Positions 53,355 through 63,291 of a stretch of DNA of 64,000 nucleotides are shown here, in pieces. Origin of the DNA: an uncultured Candidatus Rokubacteria bacterium (lineage in GTDB: Bacteria; Methylomirabilota; Methylomirabilia; Rokubacteriales; CSP1-6); the NCBI GenBank assembly GCA_963747235.1, contig CAVVEU010000024.1:128001-192000 (forward strand), read 5' to 3'. Positions within the stretch are counted from its first letter, which is position 1; each line of letters opens with the position of its first letter. Position numbers and translations under genes: made by a program. Under the pieces are notes generated by a model, which worked only from the letters and a program-made list of their open reading frames with translations, was not told the DNA's origin and did no database searches.

Positions 53355-55433
53355 ATGGCGCAGACTGACAACAAGACCTCGCTGTCCTCGGAAGAGAAGC
53401 GGTCCCTGGCCGAGTCGGCCCGGCTCTGCGAGATGATCGTGGAGGCCAACCCCTCGGACACCGGCGCGCTCGAGACCCTGAAGGAGATCTACACCAAGCT
53501 AGGTGATCGGGAGAACCTGGCCCGGGTCGTCGCGCGCCTCGCCGGTACGGTGGGGGGGCGGCCGTCCGCGAGCGTGGCCCCGGCCCCGGAGCCCATGACC
53601 GCGGGGACGACGGGTCGCGCGCCGTCGACCGAGGAGATGGAGGCGCTCGCCGCGTCCATCGAGGTCGCGCCGGCCCCGTTGCCCGGCAAGCGGGGCGGCG
53701 CCTCGCCGATCGAGCGGCGCCAGGGCAGCCTGTCGCGCCTCGGGGACCGGCTGGTGGCCGAGAAGCTCATCAGCCCGGACCAGCTCCAGCGCGCGCTCGC
53801 CGAGCAGAAGGGGAGCGCCGACAAGCTCGGGACGATCCTGGTGCGGCTGCAGTTCATCACCGAAGACAGCCTCGTCTCGTTCCTGTCGAAGCAGTACGCG
53901 ATGCCCGCGATCACGGTGGCGCAGGTGGATCCGGATCCGGACGTGCTCAAGCTCGTGCCCGAGCAGATCGCCAAGAAGCACAGCGTGCTCCCGATCAAGC
54001 GGATCGGGAACGTCCTCACCCTGGCGATGGCGGATCCCACCAACGTCTTCGCGCTCGACGACGTCGGCTTCATGACCGGCCTGCAGATCCAGCCGGTGGT
54101 CGCCTCCGAGGCGGCCATCCGGAAGGCCTTCGAGCGGCTCTACGAGACCGGCGCCAGCGTCAACGACATGATGAGCGAGCTGGAGGAGGCCGACACCGAC
54201 GTCGAGGTCGTGGAGGACGGCGAGGCCGCCTTCTCCAAGGCCGACGTTTTCGACCTCAAGGAGTCGGCCGACGAGGCTCCGGTCGTCCGGCTCATCAACA
54301 TGATCCTGACCGACGCCATCCGGCGGGGCGCCTCCGACATCCATCTGGAGCCCTACGAGAAGGTCTTCCGGGTCCGGTTCCGTATCGACGGCGTGCTGCA
54401 CGAGATCATGACGCCGCCCAAGCGCCTCGAGGCCGCCCTGACCTCGCGCGTGAAGATCATGGCCACGATGGACATCGCGGAGCGCCGACTTCCCCAGGAC
54501 GGCCGCATCAAGCTCCGCTACCACCAGCGCGAGATCGACTTCCGCGTCTCGACGCTGCCGACGATCTTCGGCGAGAAGACCGTCATGCGTATCCTGGACA
54601 AGGAAGCGCTCCAGCTCGACCTGGGCGCCCTCGGCTTCGACCCGTGGAGCCTCGAGCAGTTCAGCAAGGCGATCCACAGCCCGTACGGCATGATCCTGAT
54701 CACCGGGCCGACCGGCTCCGGCAAGACCACCACGCTGTACTCGGCCATCCACACCATCAACTCGCCGGACATCAACATCATGACCGCCGAGGATCCGGTC
54801 GAGTACAACCTGAAGGGCGTCAACCAGGTGCAGGTCAACGACGAGATCGGGCGCACCTTCGCGGCCTGTCTGCGAAGCTTCCTGCGGCAGGACCCGGACG
54901 TGATCCTGGTCGGCGAGACCCGAGACCTCGAGACGGCCCAGATCGGCATCCGCGCCGCCCTGACCGGCCACCTCGTGCTCTCCACGCTGCACACCAACGA
55001 CTGCCCGTCGACGCCCGCCCGGCTCCTCGACATGGGCATCCCGCCCTTCCTCGTCTCGTCCTCGCTCCAGCTCATCCTGGCCCAGCGGCTCGGACGCCGG
55101 ATCTGCAAGGACTGCAAGGAGCCCTACGAGGCGAACGAGGAGAGCCTGGTTCCCTACGGGCACGTGTCCCAGGGGCTCGGCGCCGTGAACTTCTACAAGG
55201 GCAAGGGCTGCCAGACGTGCAACTTCACCGGCATGAAGGGACGGGTCGCCATCTACGAGGTGATGCCCATCACCACCGAGCTCCGCGATCTCATGCTGCG
55301 CAACGCGACCACCGCGGAGATCCGCGATACCGCCTGCTCGCAGGGCATGAAGACGCTGCGGCAGAACGCGCTGCAGAAGGTGGTGGACGGCGTGACGACG
55401 GTGGAGGAAGTGCTGCGGGTGACGATGGGCTAG
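53355..55433 (+). CDS. pilB: Type IV pilus extension ATPase PilB with N-terminal extension and MshEN domain
   Basis: ASDIHLEP, DIAERRLPQDGR, GPTGSGKTT, LRQDPDVILVGE, HLVLSTLHTND, CKDC/CQTC. Confidence 0.93.
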   Translation: MAQTDNKTSLSSEEKRSLAESARLCEMIVEANPSDTGALETLKEIYTKLGDRENLARVVARLAGTVGGRPSASVAPAPEPMTAGTTGRAPSTEEMEALAASIEVAPAPLPGKRGGASPIERRQGSLSRLGDRLVAEKLISPDQLQRALAEQKGSADKLGTILVRLQFITEDSLVSFLSKQYAMPAITVAQVDPDPDVLKLVPEQIAKKHSVLPIKRIGNVLTLAMADPTNVFALDDVGFMTGLQIQPVVASEAAIRKAFERLYETGASVNDMMSELEEADTDVEVVEDGEAAFSKADVFDLKESADEAPVVRLINMILTDAIRRGASDIHLEPYEKVFRVRFRIDGVLHEIMTPPKRLEAALTSRVKIMATMDIAERRLPQDGRIKLRYHQREIDFRVSTLPTIFGEKTVMRILDKEALQLDLGALGFDPWSLEQFSKAIHSPYGMILITGPTGSGKTTTLYSAIHTINSPDINIMTAEDPVEYNLKGVNQVQVNDEIGRTFAACLRSFLRQDPDVILVGETRDLETAQIGIRAALTGHLVLSTLHTNDCPSTPARLLDMGIPPFLVSSSLQLILAQRLGRRICKDCKEPYEANEESLVPYGHVSQGLGAVNFYKGKGCQTCNFTGMKGRVAIYEVMPITTELRDLMLRNATTAEIRDTACSQGMKTLRQNALQKVVDGVTTVEEVLRVTMG

Positions 55434-55458
55434 GGAACCGCCCCCGCTCGAGGCGGGG

Positions 55459-55893
55459 TCAGACGGGAGAAACCCGCCAGGTGCCGCGCAGCCGATCCAC
55501 GGCGCGGCCGAGCGCGGTGCGAACCCCCTCGTTGTTCACGTTGCGATCCGCGACGAGCGTCACGTAGCCGACCGGGCTGCCCCCCACGAAGACGGTCCCG
55601 TCGTCCGCCGAGAAGAGCGCGGTGCGGAAGGCGCCCCGTTCCAGCCGGCTCGCTCCCAGCTCCAGCTCACGCCCGAGGGTGGCCGCGAGCGCGGCGAGCG
55701 CCTCCACCGGGAAGCGGGGCGGCAGCTCCGAGGTGATGACGAGGCCGTCCGGCGTCACGATGAGCCCCCCGCGCACGCCATCGAGACGGGTCAGCTCGGA
55801 GAGGGTCTCGCGGAAGGCCTGCGCCCGCGACGGGCGCGGCGCGGGCGGGCCGCCCGGAGGCGTCGAATCGGCGGTGGTCTGCGGGTCGGCCAT
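55459..55893 (-). CDS. Roadblock/LC7 (MglB/MglC-like) protein
   Basis: LDGVRGGLIVTPDGLVI..ALAALAA roadblock pattern. Confidence 0.85.
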   Translation of the reverse strand: MADPQTTADSTPPGGPPAPRPSRAQAFRETLSELTRLDGVRGGLIVTPDGLVITSELPPRFPVEALAALAATLGRELELGASRLERGAFRTALFSADDGTVFVGGSPVGYVTLVADRNVNNEGVRTALGRAVDRLRGTWRVSPV

Positions 55894-55897
55894 CGGC

Positions 55898-56680
55898 TCA
55901 GGCCTTGATGTTCAGATCCGTCCACAGACGGCCGACCTGCACCAGCCCCGCTCCCACCTCGACCTCGCGCGCGAGCGCGACGCCCAGGATCACGCCGCCG
56001 TCGCTGCGAAGGAAGGTCGTCTCCGCGGCGCCCTCGATCACGCCCCGTCGCATCGCGCCGAGCCCGGCGCGGGCGAGCGTGGCGGAGGCGATGCGGTAGA
56101 CCTGCGTCATGTGCAGCCTGAGGTGCTTCTGGCGCTCCTCGCTCCCCTGGGCGAACACGAGCGTGCCGTCGGCCCGCGTCAGCACGAGGTCGTGAGCGCC
56201 CGGAGGCAGCCGCAGCCGCTCGGTGGAGATCGTCCCGATGGCGGTCGAGGCTCCCGGCGCGGGGGCGGTCCAGGTGGCCACCATCTCCTGCAGCGCCTTC
56301 GCTTCCGGGAAGTCCGGGAAGTACTGGATCGCCCGGTCGAGGAATGGCCGGCACCCCTCGATGTCGCCCTCTTCCAGCGCGATGCGCGCCAGGCCGAACA
56401 GGGCGCGCGGGTGGTAGGGATCGAGCCCGAGCACGCGCCGGAACGATGCCTTGGCCGCGGGCATCTCGCGAAACACGACGTGCAGGTAGGCGTCCAGCAG
56501 GTGCCCGACCGCGATGTTGGGCGAGACGCGCAACCCCTCGGTGATCAGCTCGGCGGCGTCCTCGTAGCGCCCTTCGTGGCGGTACTGGTCGGCCAGGCGG
56601 AAGAGAGAGGAGGCCGAGCGTGGCTTGACGAGCCCGGTGATGCCGCTCCAGGTGCGCTCGAGGAACGTCGCTAGGCCCAC
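55898..56680 (-). CDS. TPR plus degenerate roadblock domain protein
   Basis: TPR repeats (LADQYRHEGRYEDA, FRRVLGLDPYHPRALFGLA); C-terminal GAHDLVLTRADG..GVIEG roadblock-like segment. Confidence 0.72.
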   Translation of the reverse strand: MGLATFLERTWSGITGLVKPRSASSLFRLADQYRHEGRYEDAAELITEGLRVSPNIAVGHLLDAYLHVVFREMPAAKASFRRVLGLDPYHPRALFGLARIALEEGDIEGCRPFLDRAIQYFPDFPEAKALQEMVATWTAPAPGASTAIGTISTERLRLPPGAHDLVLTRADGTLVFAQGSEERQKHLRLHMTQVYRIASATLARAGLGAMRRGVIEGAAETTFLRSDGGVILGVALAREVEVGAGLVQVGRLWTDLNIKA

Positions 56681-56735
56681 TCGCCGACCCCCCTCGTCAA
56701 GGGCTGCCCAGCCAGGAGATCAATCACTTCCGTTC

Positions 56736-56744
56736 ATCATAGCA
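56736..56744 (-). promoter_or_regulatory. Extended -10 element upstream of the TPR-roadblock gene
   Basis: Minus strand reads TGCTATGAT (TGn-TATGAT), ~55 bp upstream of the GTG start. Confidence 0.4.
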
Positions 56745-56895
56745 TGCGGGCCCGGAGGGGGGCCCAAACTCGGGCGCCGGGCCGGACTCGAGCACGTACC
56801 CGCGATGGGCTGAGGGCCAGCGCCAGGGACGGCCCCTCGGGCGGCCGCGGAATAGGGCCCGGACGCGAATTGCGGTCGTGAGAACCTGATCGGGT

Positions 56896-58794
56896 ATGGC
56901 CGACGCCTCCGGATCGCCCGGCCCACCGCCGGCCGTGTCGAGCCGGCTCGCGGTGACCGCGCTCGTGGCCCTCGTCGCCGCGGCCGCCTATGCCGCGACG
57001 CTCGGATACGATCTTGTCTGGGACGACACGCTCCTCATCCAGCAAAGCTGGCGCCTGCATCACTGGCACGCGCTGCCGTCGCTGCTCACCTCGCACTTCT
57101 GGTCCGAGGTCGGGGAAGCGAGCCACTACTATCGGCCGCTCGTCACCTTGACCTTCTTCCTGGACGTGCAGAGCTGGGGACTCCACCCGCTCGGCTTTCA
57201 CCTCACGAACGTCCTCGCGCACGTGGCCGTGACGCTAGCGGTGCTTGCCGTCGCGCGCCGGGCCCTGGACGCCGAGCCGGCCGCCGCGATCTGCGCGCTG
57301 GTGTTCGCGCTGCACCCGCTGCACACGGAGTCCGTCAGCTTCGTCTCGGGCCGGACCGACGTCCTCGCGACCCTCTTCTTCCTGCTCGCCCTGCTCGCGT
57401 ACGACCGGGGCCGCGCGCGCGGGGGGTGGGGACCGATCGCCTGGGCGCTCGTCGCCTACCTGCTCGCGCTGCTCGCCAAGGAAGTGGCGATCACGTTGCC
57501 CGTCGTGCTGATCCTCTGGGACCGGCTCGTGCGGGGAGATCTCCGGGACCGTGGGGCCGCATGGCGAGCCGCGCCCCGCTATGCCGCGTTCGGCGCGGCG
57601 ACCGCGCTCTATCTCGGTCTGCGGCTGTTCGCGCTGGGCGGCCTCGAGTCCAGCGGGGACGCGTGGGGTCCCGTCCTCACCCGGGCCCTGACGACGCTCA
57701 GGATCGTGGCGTCCTACACCTGGATCACGATCGTGCCGTATCCCACCAGCCCCTACTACGCGATCGTCCCGGAGACGATGCCGCCCGGCCTGGCGTGGTG
57801 GCTGGCGGTGGGCGGCCTGGCCGCAGCGCTCGGCGCGACCGGGTGGGCGGTTCGCCGCGCGCCCGCCGCCGGATTCGGCGCGCTCTGGTTCTGGATCACG
57901 CTCGCGCCGTCCATCGCGGTGAACCTGCTGCCCCTGCCGAGCGCGATCATGGCGGAGCGTTTCCTCTACCTCCCTACGGTGGGCTTCTCCCTCGTTCTGG
58001 GCGGGGGCGCGGCCCGTCTGCTTGGCCCGGTGGTGTGGGGGCGCACGACTCAGATCCGGCCCGTGCCCTCGCTCGGCCTCGCGGCGGTCCTGCTCGTCTA
58101 CGGGGTTCTCACGCTCTGGCGCAACGAGGACTGGCGTGACGAGTATCGGCTCTACTCGCGGATGGTCGAGACCTCGCCGGACGCCGCGATGCCCCATCTC
58201 AACCTGGCGTTCACTCAGCTCGCGCGGGGCGAGGTCGAGCCGGCCAACCAGCACCTGCGCGAGGCCGTGCGCCTCGCGCCCGGGAGCCCGAGGGCCAACG
58301 CCGGGCTCGGACTCACCGAGACCATCCTCGGCGACCGCGAGGCGGGCCTCCGACACGGGCTCGAGGCGCGCGCGCTCGCGCCGGGCAACGCGGACGTGCT
58401 GGCGTCGCTGGGCGCGCTGTACCTCCAGCGCGGCGAGCCGGCGCTGGGGTTGCCCGAGCTCACCGAATCGCTCCGCATCAAGCCCAACCAGGTCCACGCG
58501 GCGCTGAACCGCGCCCTCGCGCTCGCGTGGCTCGGTCAGTCGGAGCCGGCGGAGGCGCAGCTCGAGCGCGCGCTCGCGCTCGTTCGGCTGATGAGCCCGG
58601 ATCTGCCGCTCGCGGACCGAATCACCGCGGAGGTCACGGCGGGTCGAGACCCCGCGCGCGCGCGGGCGGCCTGGGAGCGCTACGTCGCGCGGTTGCAGGC
58701 GGCGGGCCGGCTCGATCCCGCTCTCGCCGCCGAGCTCGATCGCGCCGCGCAGCGGCTCGGCAAGATCTCCGTGCCCGACCCCGCTCGTCGCTGA
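56896..58794 (+). CDS. TMTC-like GT-C glycosyltransferase with C-terminal TPRs
   Basis: WDD loop, YYRPL, GFHLTN, FALHPLHTESV..GRTD, LLAKE, AERFLYLP, RNEDW, then TPRs. Confidence 0.85.
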   Translation: MADASGSPGPPPAVSSRLAVTALVALVAAAAYAATLGYDLVWDDTLLIQQSWRLHHWHALPSLLTSHFWSEVGEASHYYRPLVTLTFFLDVQSWGLHPLGFHLTNVLAHVAVTLAVLAVARRALDAEPAAAICALVFALHPLHTESVSFVSGRTDVLATLFFLLALLAYDRGRARGGWGPIAWALVAYLLALLAKEVAITLPVVLILWDRLVRGDLRDRGAAWRAAPRYAAFGAATALYLGLRLFALGGLESSGDAWGPVLTRALTTLRIVASYTWITIVPYPTSPYYAIVPETMPPGLAWWLAVGGLAAALGATGWAVRRAPAAGFGALWFWITLAPSIAVNLLPLPSAIMAERFLYLPTVGFSLVLGGGAARLLGPVVWGRTTQIRPVPSLGLAAVLLVYGVLTLWRNEDWRDEYRLYSRMVETSPDAAMPHLNLAFTQLARGEVEPANQHLREAVRLAPGSPRANAGLGLTETILGDREAGLRHGLEARALAPGNADVLASLGALYLQRGEPALGLPELTESLRIKPNQVHAALNRALALAWLGQSEPAEAQLERALALVRLMSPDLPLADRITAEVTAGRDPARARAAWERYVARLQAAGRLDPALAAELDRAAQRLGKISVPDPARR

Positions 58795-58796
58795 CC

Positions 58797-60417
58797 TCAG
58801 CCGGCCGCGATCCCTCGCTCCGAAGGCAGGACGTATCCTTGCTGCAGATCGCGCGCGCGCAGGGCCGGGTCGCGCTCCGCGGGATCGCCGTAGCCGCCGC
58901 CGCCCGGCAGCAGGAGCTCCACCAGGTCGCCGGGGCGTAGCGTCTGCTCGGCCTTGGGATTGGCGGGCGCGCGCCCGTTGATCAGCACCTGCCCGGGCAG
59001 GCCGGGTCGGCCGCCGAAGAACCCCTGCGCCGGGATCCGCGTGCGATCGCACAGGACGGAGCAGGTGGCCGGCTCGTCGGAGCGCACCCGGAACGCGATC
59101 ACCTGGCCGAGCCCGCCGCGCTGGCGGCCGTCGCCGCCCGAGCCGCCGCGAAGGGCCTTGCGCTCGATCAGCAGCGGCGCGAGCGATTCGATGACCTCGA
59201 CCGGGGTCCCGAGCACGCCCGACGGGAACGCGGTGGCGGACAGCCCGTCCTGCTGGGGACGCGCCCCGGTGCCGCCCGAGCTGAAGAAGGTGTAGACCCA
59301 CGGGCGTGCGGTCGGCGTTCTTGCCGGTGAGCTGGAGCCCCCAGATGTTCGCGGAGCCCTCGGCCATCACCCGGTCCGGCAGGGCTTCCTTCAGGGCGCC
59401 CGCCACCGCGTGGGGCAGGAAGTGGCCGACGATGTGCCGGGCCGCCACCGGGGCGGGGGGCCGCACGTTCAGGATGGAGCCCTCGGGCGCGGTGATGCGG
59501 AGCACCCGGAAGGCACCCTCGTTGTTGGGGACGTCGGGGCTCACGATGACCTTCACCCCGTAGGTCGTGTAGGCCTCGGTGTAGTTCATCACCACGTTGA
59601 TGCCGCGCCGGCTGGCGGGGGAGGAGCCGGTGAAGTCGACGAGAAGATCGTCCCCCTTGATCTCACAGCGCACCGCGATCGTGATCGGCTCGTCGAAGCC
59701 GTCCGAGGTGATGGAGTACCGGTACTCGCCGGGCCGCAGCGCGGCGATCGCCTGGCGCATGGCCCGCTCGGTGCGGGAGATGATCTCGTCGGCCAGCGGC
59801 TCCAGCCGCTCGAGGCCGAATTCCTCCATGAACTCGAGCAGGCGCTCGCCCCCGACGGTGCCGCCCGCCACCTGCGCGTGGAAGTCGCCCATCACGAGGT
59901 CGGGGACGCGGGTGTTGGCCCGGATGATCGCGGCGAGCGACTCGTTGAGCCGGCCGCCTTCGTAGAGCTTCATGATCGGGATGAAGAGACCTTCCTCGTA
60001 GACCTCACGCGCCTCGGCGGAGAGCACGTGGCCGCCGATGTCGGCGCTGTGGCAGGTGGAGGCGAAGAAGGCGATGCAGTCCGACCCGCGGAAGACCGGA
60101 TTGCAGACCGTGACGTCGTTGAGATGCCCCGAAGTCTTCCAGGGATCGTTGGTGATGAGCACGTCGCCGGGCCGGAGCGTCTCGAGCGGGTACGCGGCGA
60201 GGAAGTGCTTCATGGCCAGGGCCATCGAGTTGATGTGCCCGGGCGTGCCGGTGACGGCCTGGGCGATCATGTAGCCGCGCCGGTCGAAGACGCCCGCGGA
60301 GAGATCGCCCGCCTCGCGCACGATCGAGGTGAACGAGGTGCGCATGAGCGCGGCAGCCTGCTCGTTGACCACCCCGATCAGCCGGTTCCAGCAGATGTCG
60401 AGCGTGATCGGATCCAT
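58797..60417 (-). CDS. Hydantoinase B / 5-oxoprolinase family subunit, frameshift near 59303
   Basis: RTSFTSIVREAGD, TNDPW..GHLND, HSADIGG, EEGL.IP, PVEVIE, SGGDG..RGG, PGGGGYGDP. Confidence 0.88.
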
Positions 60418-62329
60418 CACCGCGCCTCCGTGGCCGCCGGCTCGGCGATCAGCGTCCGGTGCTCGTCCACCGTGATCGCCGCGCCCGGGCCGATGACGGT
60501 GGTGGACTCGCGCTCCTCGACGATGGCCGGCCCGGCGAGGCGCACGCCCGGGCCGAGCGCGTAGCGGTCGTACACCGGCGTCTCGACGTACGCACGTGCC
60601 TCGGGGAAGTAGGCCTCGCGGTGTTTCTTCGGAGCCGGCGCGGCGGCCACGCCGAGCGCCATTCCGCCGGAGATCGTGAGATCCGGCCGTGGGCCGGAGA
60701 CGACGGCACGCCAGTTGAGCGCCTCCAGCGGCACGCCCTGGGGGGTACGGCTGTAGAGCAGGCGATAGGCGGCCTCGAACGAGGCGGTGATCGCGTCCAG
60801 GCTGCCCGGGCCGAGCGGGCCGGCCGGGATCTCCACGTCCACCTCGTGGCCCTGGCCCAGGTAGCGCATCTCGGCGGTGCGGCGCACGGTGACGTCCCGG
60901 TCGGCCACCCCGGCGCGGCGCACGATGCGCGCGGCCCTCCGTCTCCATCTCGTCGAAGAGGCGGTTGATCTGTGCCCAGTCCGCCGCGGCCATGCGCTGC
61001 GGCGCGGTGCGCACGAAGTCGAACGCGAGCGGCGCGGCCAGCAGCCCGTAGGCCGAGAGCGCGCCCGCCCCGAACGGCACGAGCACGCGCGGCACGCGGA
61101 GGATGCGCCCGACCTGCCAGGCGTGCACCGGCCCCGCGCCGCCGAAGGCGAAGAGAGGGTAGCCGCGCAGGTCCTTGCCGCGCTCGATGCCGTGCACGCG
61201 CGCGGCGCCCGCCATGTTCTCGTTGACCACCCGATGGATCCCCCAGGCCGCGTCGGTGAGCTCGAGTCCCATCGGGCGCGCGACGCGCTCCTCGATGGCG
61301 CGGCGGGCCGCGTCGACGTCGAGGCGCATGCGGCCACCCAGGAAGAAGTCGGCATCGAGATAGCCCAGGAGCAGGTCGGCATCGGTGACGGTGGGCTCGC
61401 GGCCGCCCAGGCCGTAGCACGCCGGGCCCGGATCCGCTCCCGCGCTGTCGGGGCCCACCTTGAGCAGCCCCATGCGGTCCACCCGGGCCACGGAGCCGCC
61501 GCCCGCCCCGATCTCGATCAGCTCCACCACCGGCACGCGGATCGGCAGGCCGGAGCCCTTCTTGAACCGATCCGCGCGCGCGACCTCGAACTCGCGCGCG
61601 AGCAGCGGCTCGCCGCGGTCGATGACGCAGGCCTTGGCGGTGGTGCCGCCCATGTCGAAGGACAGCACGCGGTCCATGCCGACCTGGCGGGCCATGCGCG
61701 CCGCCGCGAGGGCGCCCGCCGCGGGGCCCGATTCCACGAGCCGGATCGGCACGCGCTTGGCGGTCTCGGGGGTCGCGATGCCGCCGGCCGACATCATGAC
61801 GTAGAGCCGTCCCGGGATGCCGAGTCCCTGGAGCTTGCGCTCGAGATCGTCCAGGTAGCGCGACATCAGCGGCATCACGTACACGTTGGCGGTGGTCGTG
61901 GAGGTGCGCTCGTACTCGCGGATCTCGGGCACCACGTCGGAGGAGCAGGAGACCGGCACGCCGGGGGCGAGCTCCGCGCAGAGCCGGGCGAGCGCCCGCT
62001 CGTGCGCCGGGTTCCGGTAGGCGTGCAGCAGGCAGATCGCGATCGCCTCCACGCCCAGGGCGCCGAGCTCGGCCACCGCGGCGCGCGCCTGAGTCTCGTC
62101 GAGCGGGCGGAGAATGGATCCGTCGGCCTGCACGCGCTCGGACACCTCCACGCGGAGCTGGCGCGGCACGAGCGGCACCGGCGGGTCGATGAAGAGGTCG
62201 TACATGTCGTAGCGGCCTTCCCGCCCGATCTCGACCGCGTCCCGATCCGAGAGGGCGCACGAGCGCACCGGCGGGATGAAGGTCCAGATGTCGTGAGCAG
62301 CCCCACCCGCCGCGGCCCTTGCGCTCGAG
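60417..62329 (-). pseudogene. Hydantoinase A / 5-oxoprolinase family subunit, 5'-truncated as assembled, frameshift near 60932
   Basis: REYERTSTT, VESGPAAG, FDMGGTT, IGAGGGS, SAGADPGP, AFGGAG, RYLGQGHE; the N-terminal DIGGTFTD part is missing. May be intact in the real genome. Confidence 0.8.
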
Positions 62330-63223
62330 CGGATTCACCCGCGAAGGTAGCTCGTAGATGGGGCCGAGGTTGAGCGGCGCCACCGTCTTCCAGACGTGGA
62401 ACCACACGTTGTACGCGACCATGCCGACCCGGGCGGCCGGGTCCACCGGGTTCAGGTACCCAGCGCTCCGCTGGACCAGGTACGCCGCCGCGCCGGCGGC
62501 GACCGCGAGCAGCGCGAACGGGATCTTCTCGCGCCAGGCCGGCCGGGCCTCGGCGCTCCACCAGTCCCGCACCCGAGGGCCGAGGCGGCCCAGCGGGTAG
62601 ATGTCGAGGATGACCAGGACCAGCGGCAGGCCCATCACGATGGACTTGGAGGCCAGCGCCAGTGGGGCCGCGCCCAGCGAGATCCAGCGCCAGCCCCGGG
62701 CCACGGTGGGCGCGCGCTCATGGGCTTTCAGGTACGCGAGGATCGTGAGGAGGAAGAACAGGCCCGACGTGAGGTCGCGCCGCTCGGTGATCCACGCGAC
62801 GGACTCCACGCGCAGCGGGTGCACCGCGAAGAAGAGCGCGGCCACGGTCGCCCCGAGGCTGGCGATGTCGGGAGAGGCCGCGGGCATCGCGAGCCCCAGC
62901 AGGCGCCGCGAGACGAGATAGAAGAGCGCGGCGCTCGCCGCGTGCAGCCCCAGATTCGTGAGGTGGTACCCGAACGGGTTCATGCCCCACAGCGCGAAGT
63001 CGGCGCCGAGCGTCAGCCAGGTCACCGGGATCCAGTGGCCCATGACGTTCGCGGTCAGCATCCAGCGGAGCTGCGGCCCGCCGAGCCCGCGGTAGTACGG
63101 ATTCTCCAGGAAATTGATGGGGTCGTCCCAGTCCAGGAAGCCGGCGCGGAGGACGGGGGCGAAGACCACGGCGGTCACGAGGGCGAGAGCGAACGGCGCT
63201 GCCCGCCAGGCGGGACGCAACAT
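62323..63223 (-). pseudogene. TMTC-like GT-C glycosyltransferase, 3'-truncated as assembled
   Basis: FLDWDD, GYHLTN, FFAVHPLRVESVAWITERRD, LASKS; homology stops at PIYELPSRVNPLE. Confidence 0.75.
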
Positions 63224-63291
63224 CAGGATCAGTCTAACCGACCCGAAAAAGCATCGACCCCAAAAATCGACCGGGCGACAATGGGGTCGCG

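Noticed and set aside
57235-62268. 1677-aa ORF suggesting a fused hydantoinase A-B protein with a long tail
   Set aside because: Created by frameshifts near 60932 and 59303; A and B are separate genes with a TGATG overlap at 60415-60419, and the tail is antisense to the TMTC-like gene
60449-63223. 924-aa ORF as a novel glycosyltransferase fusion
   Set aside because: Beyond ~62323 it reads an off-frame of hydantoinase A across a garbled junction
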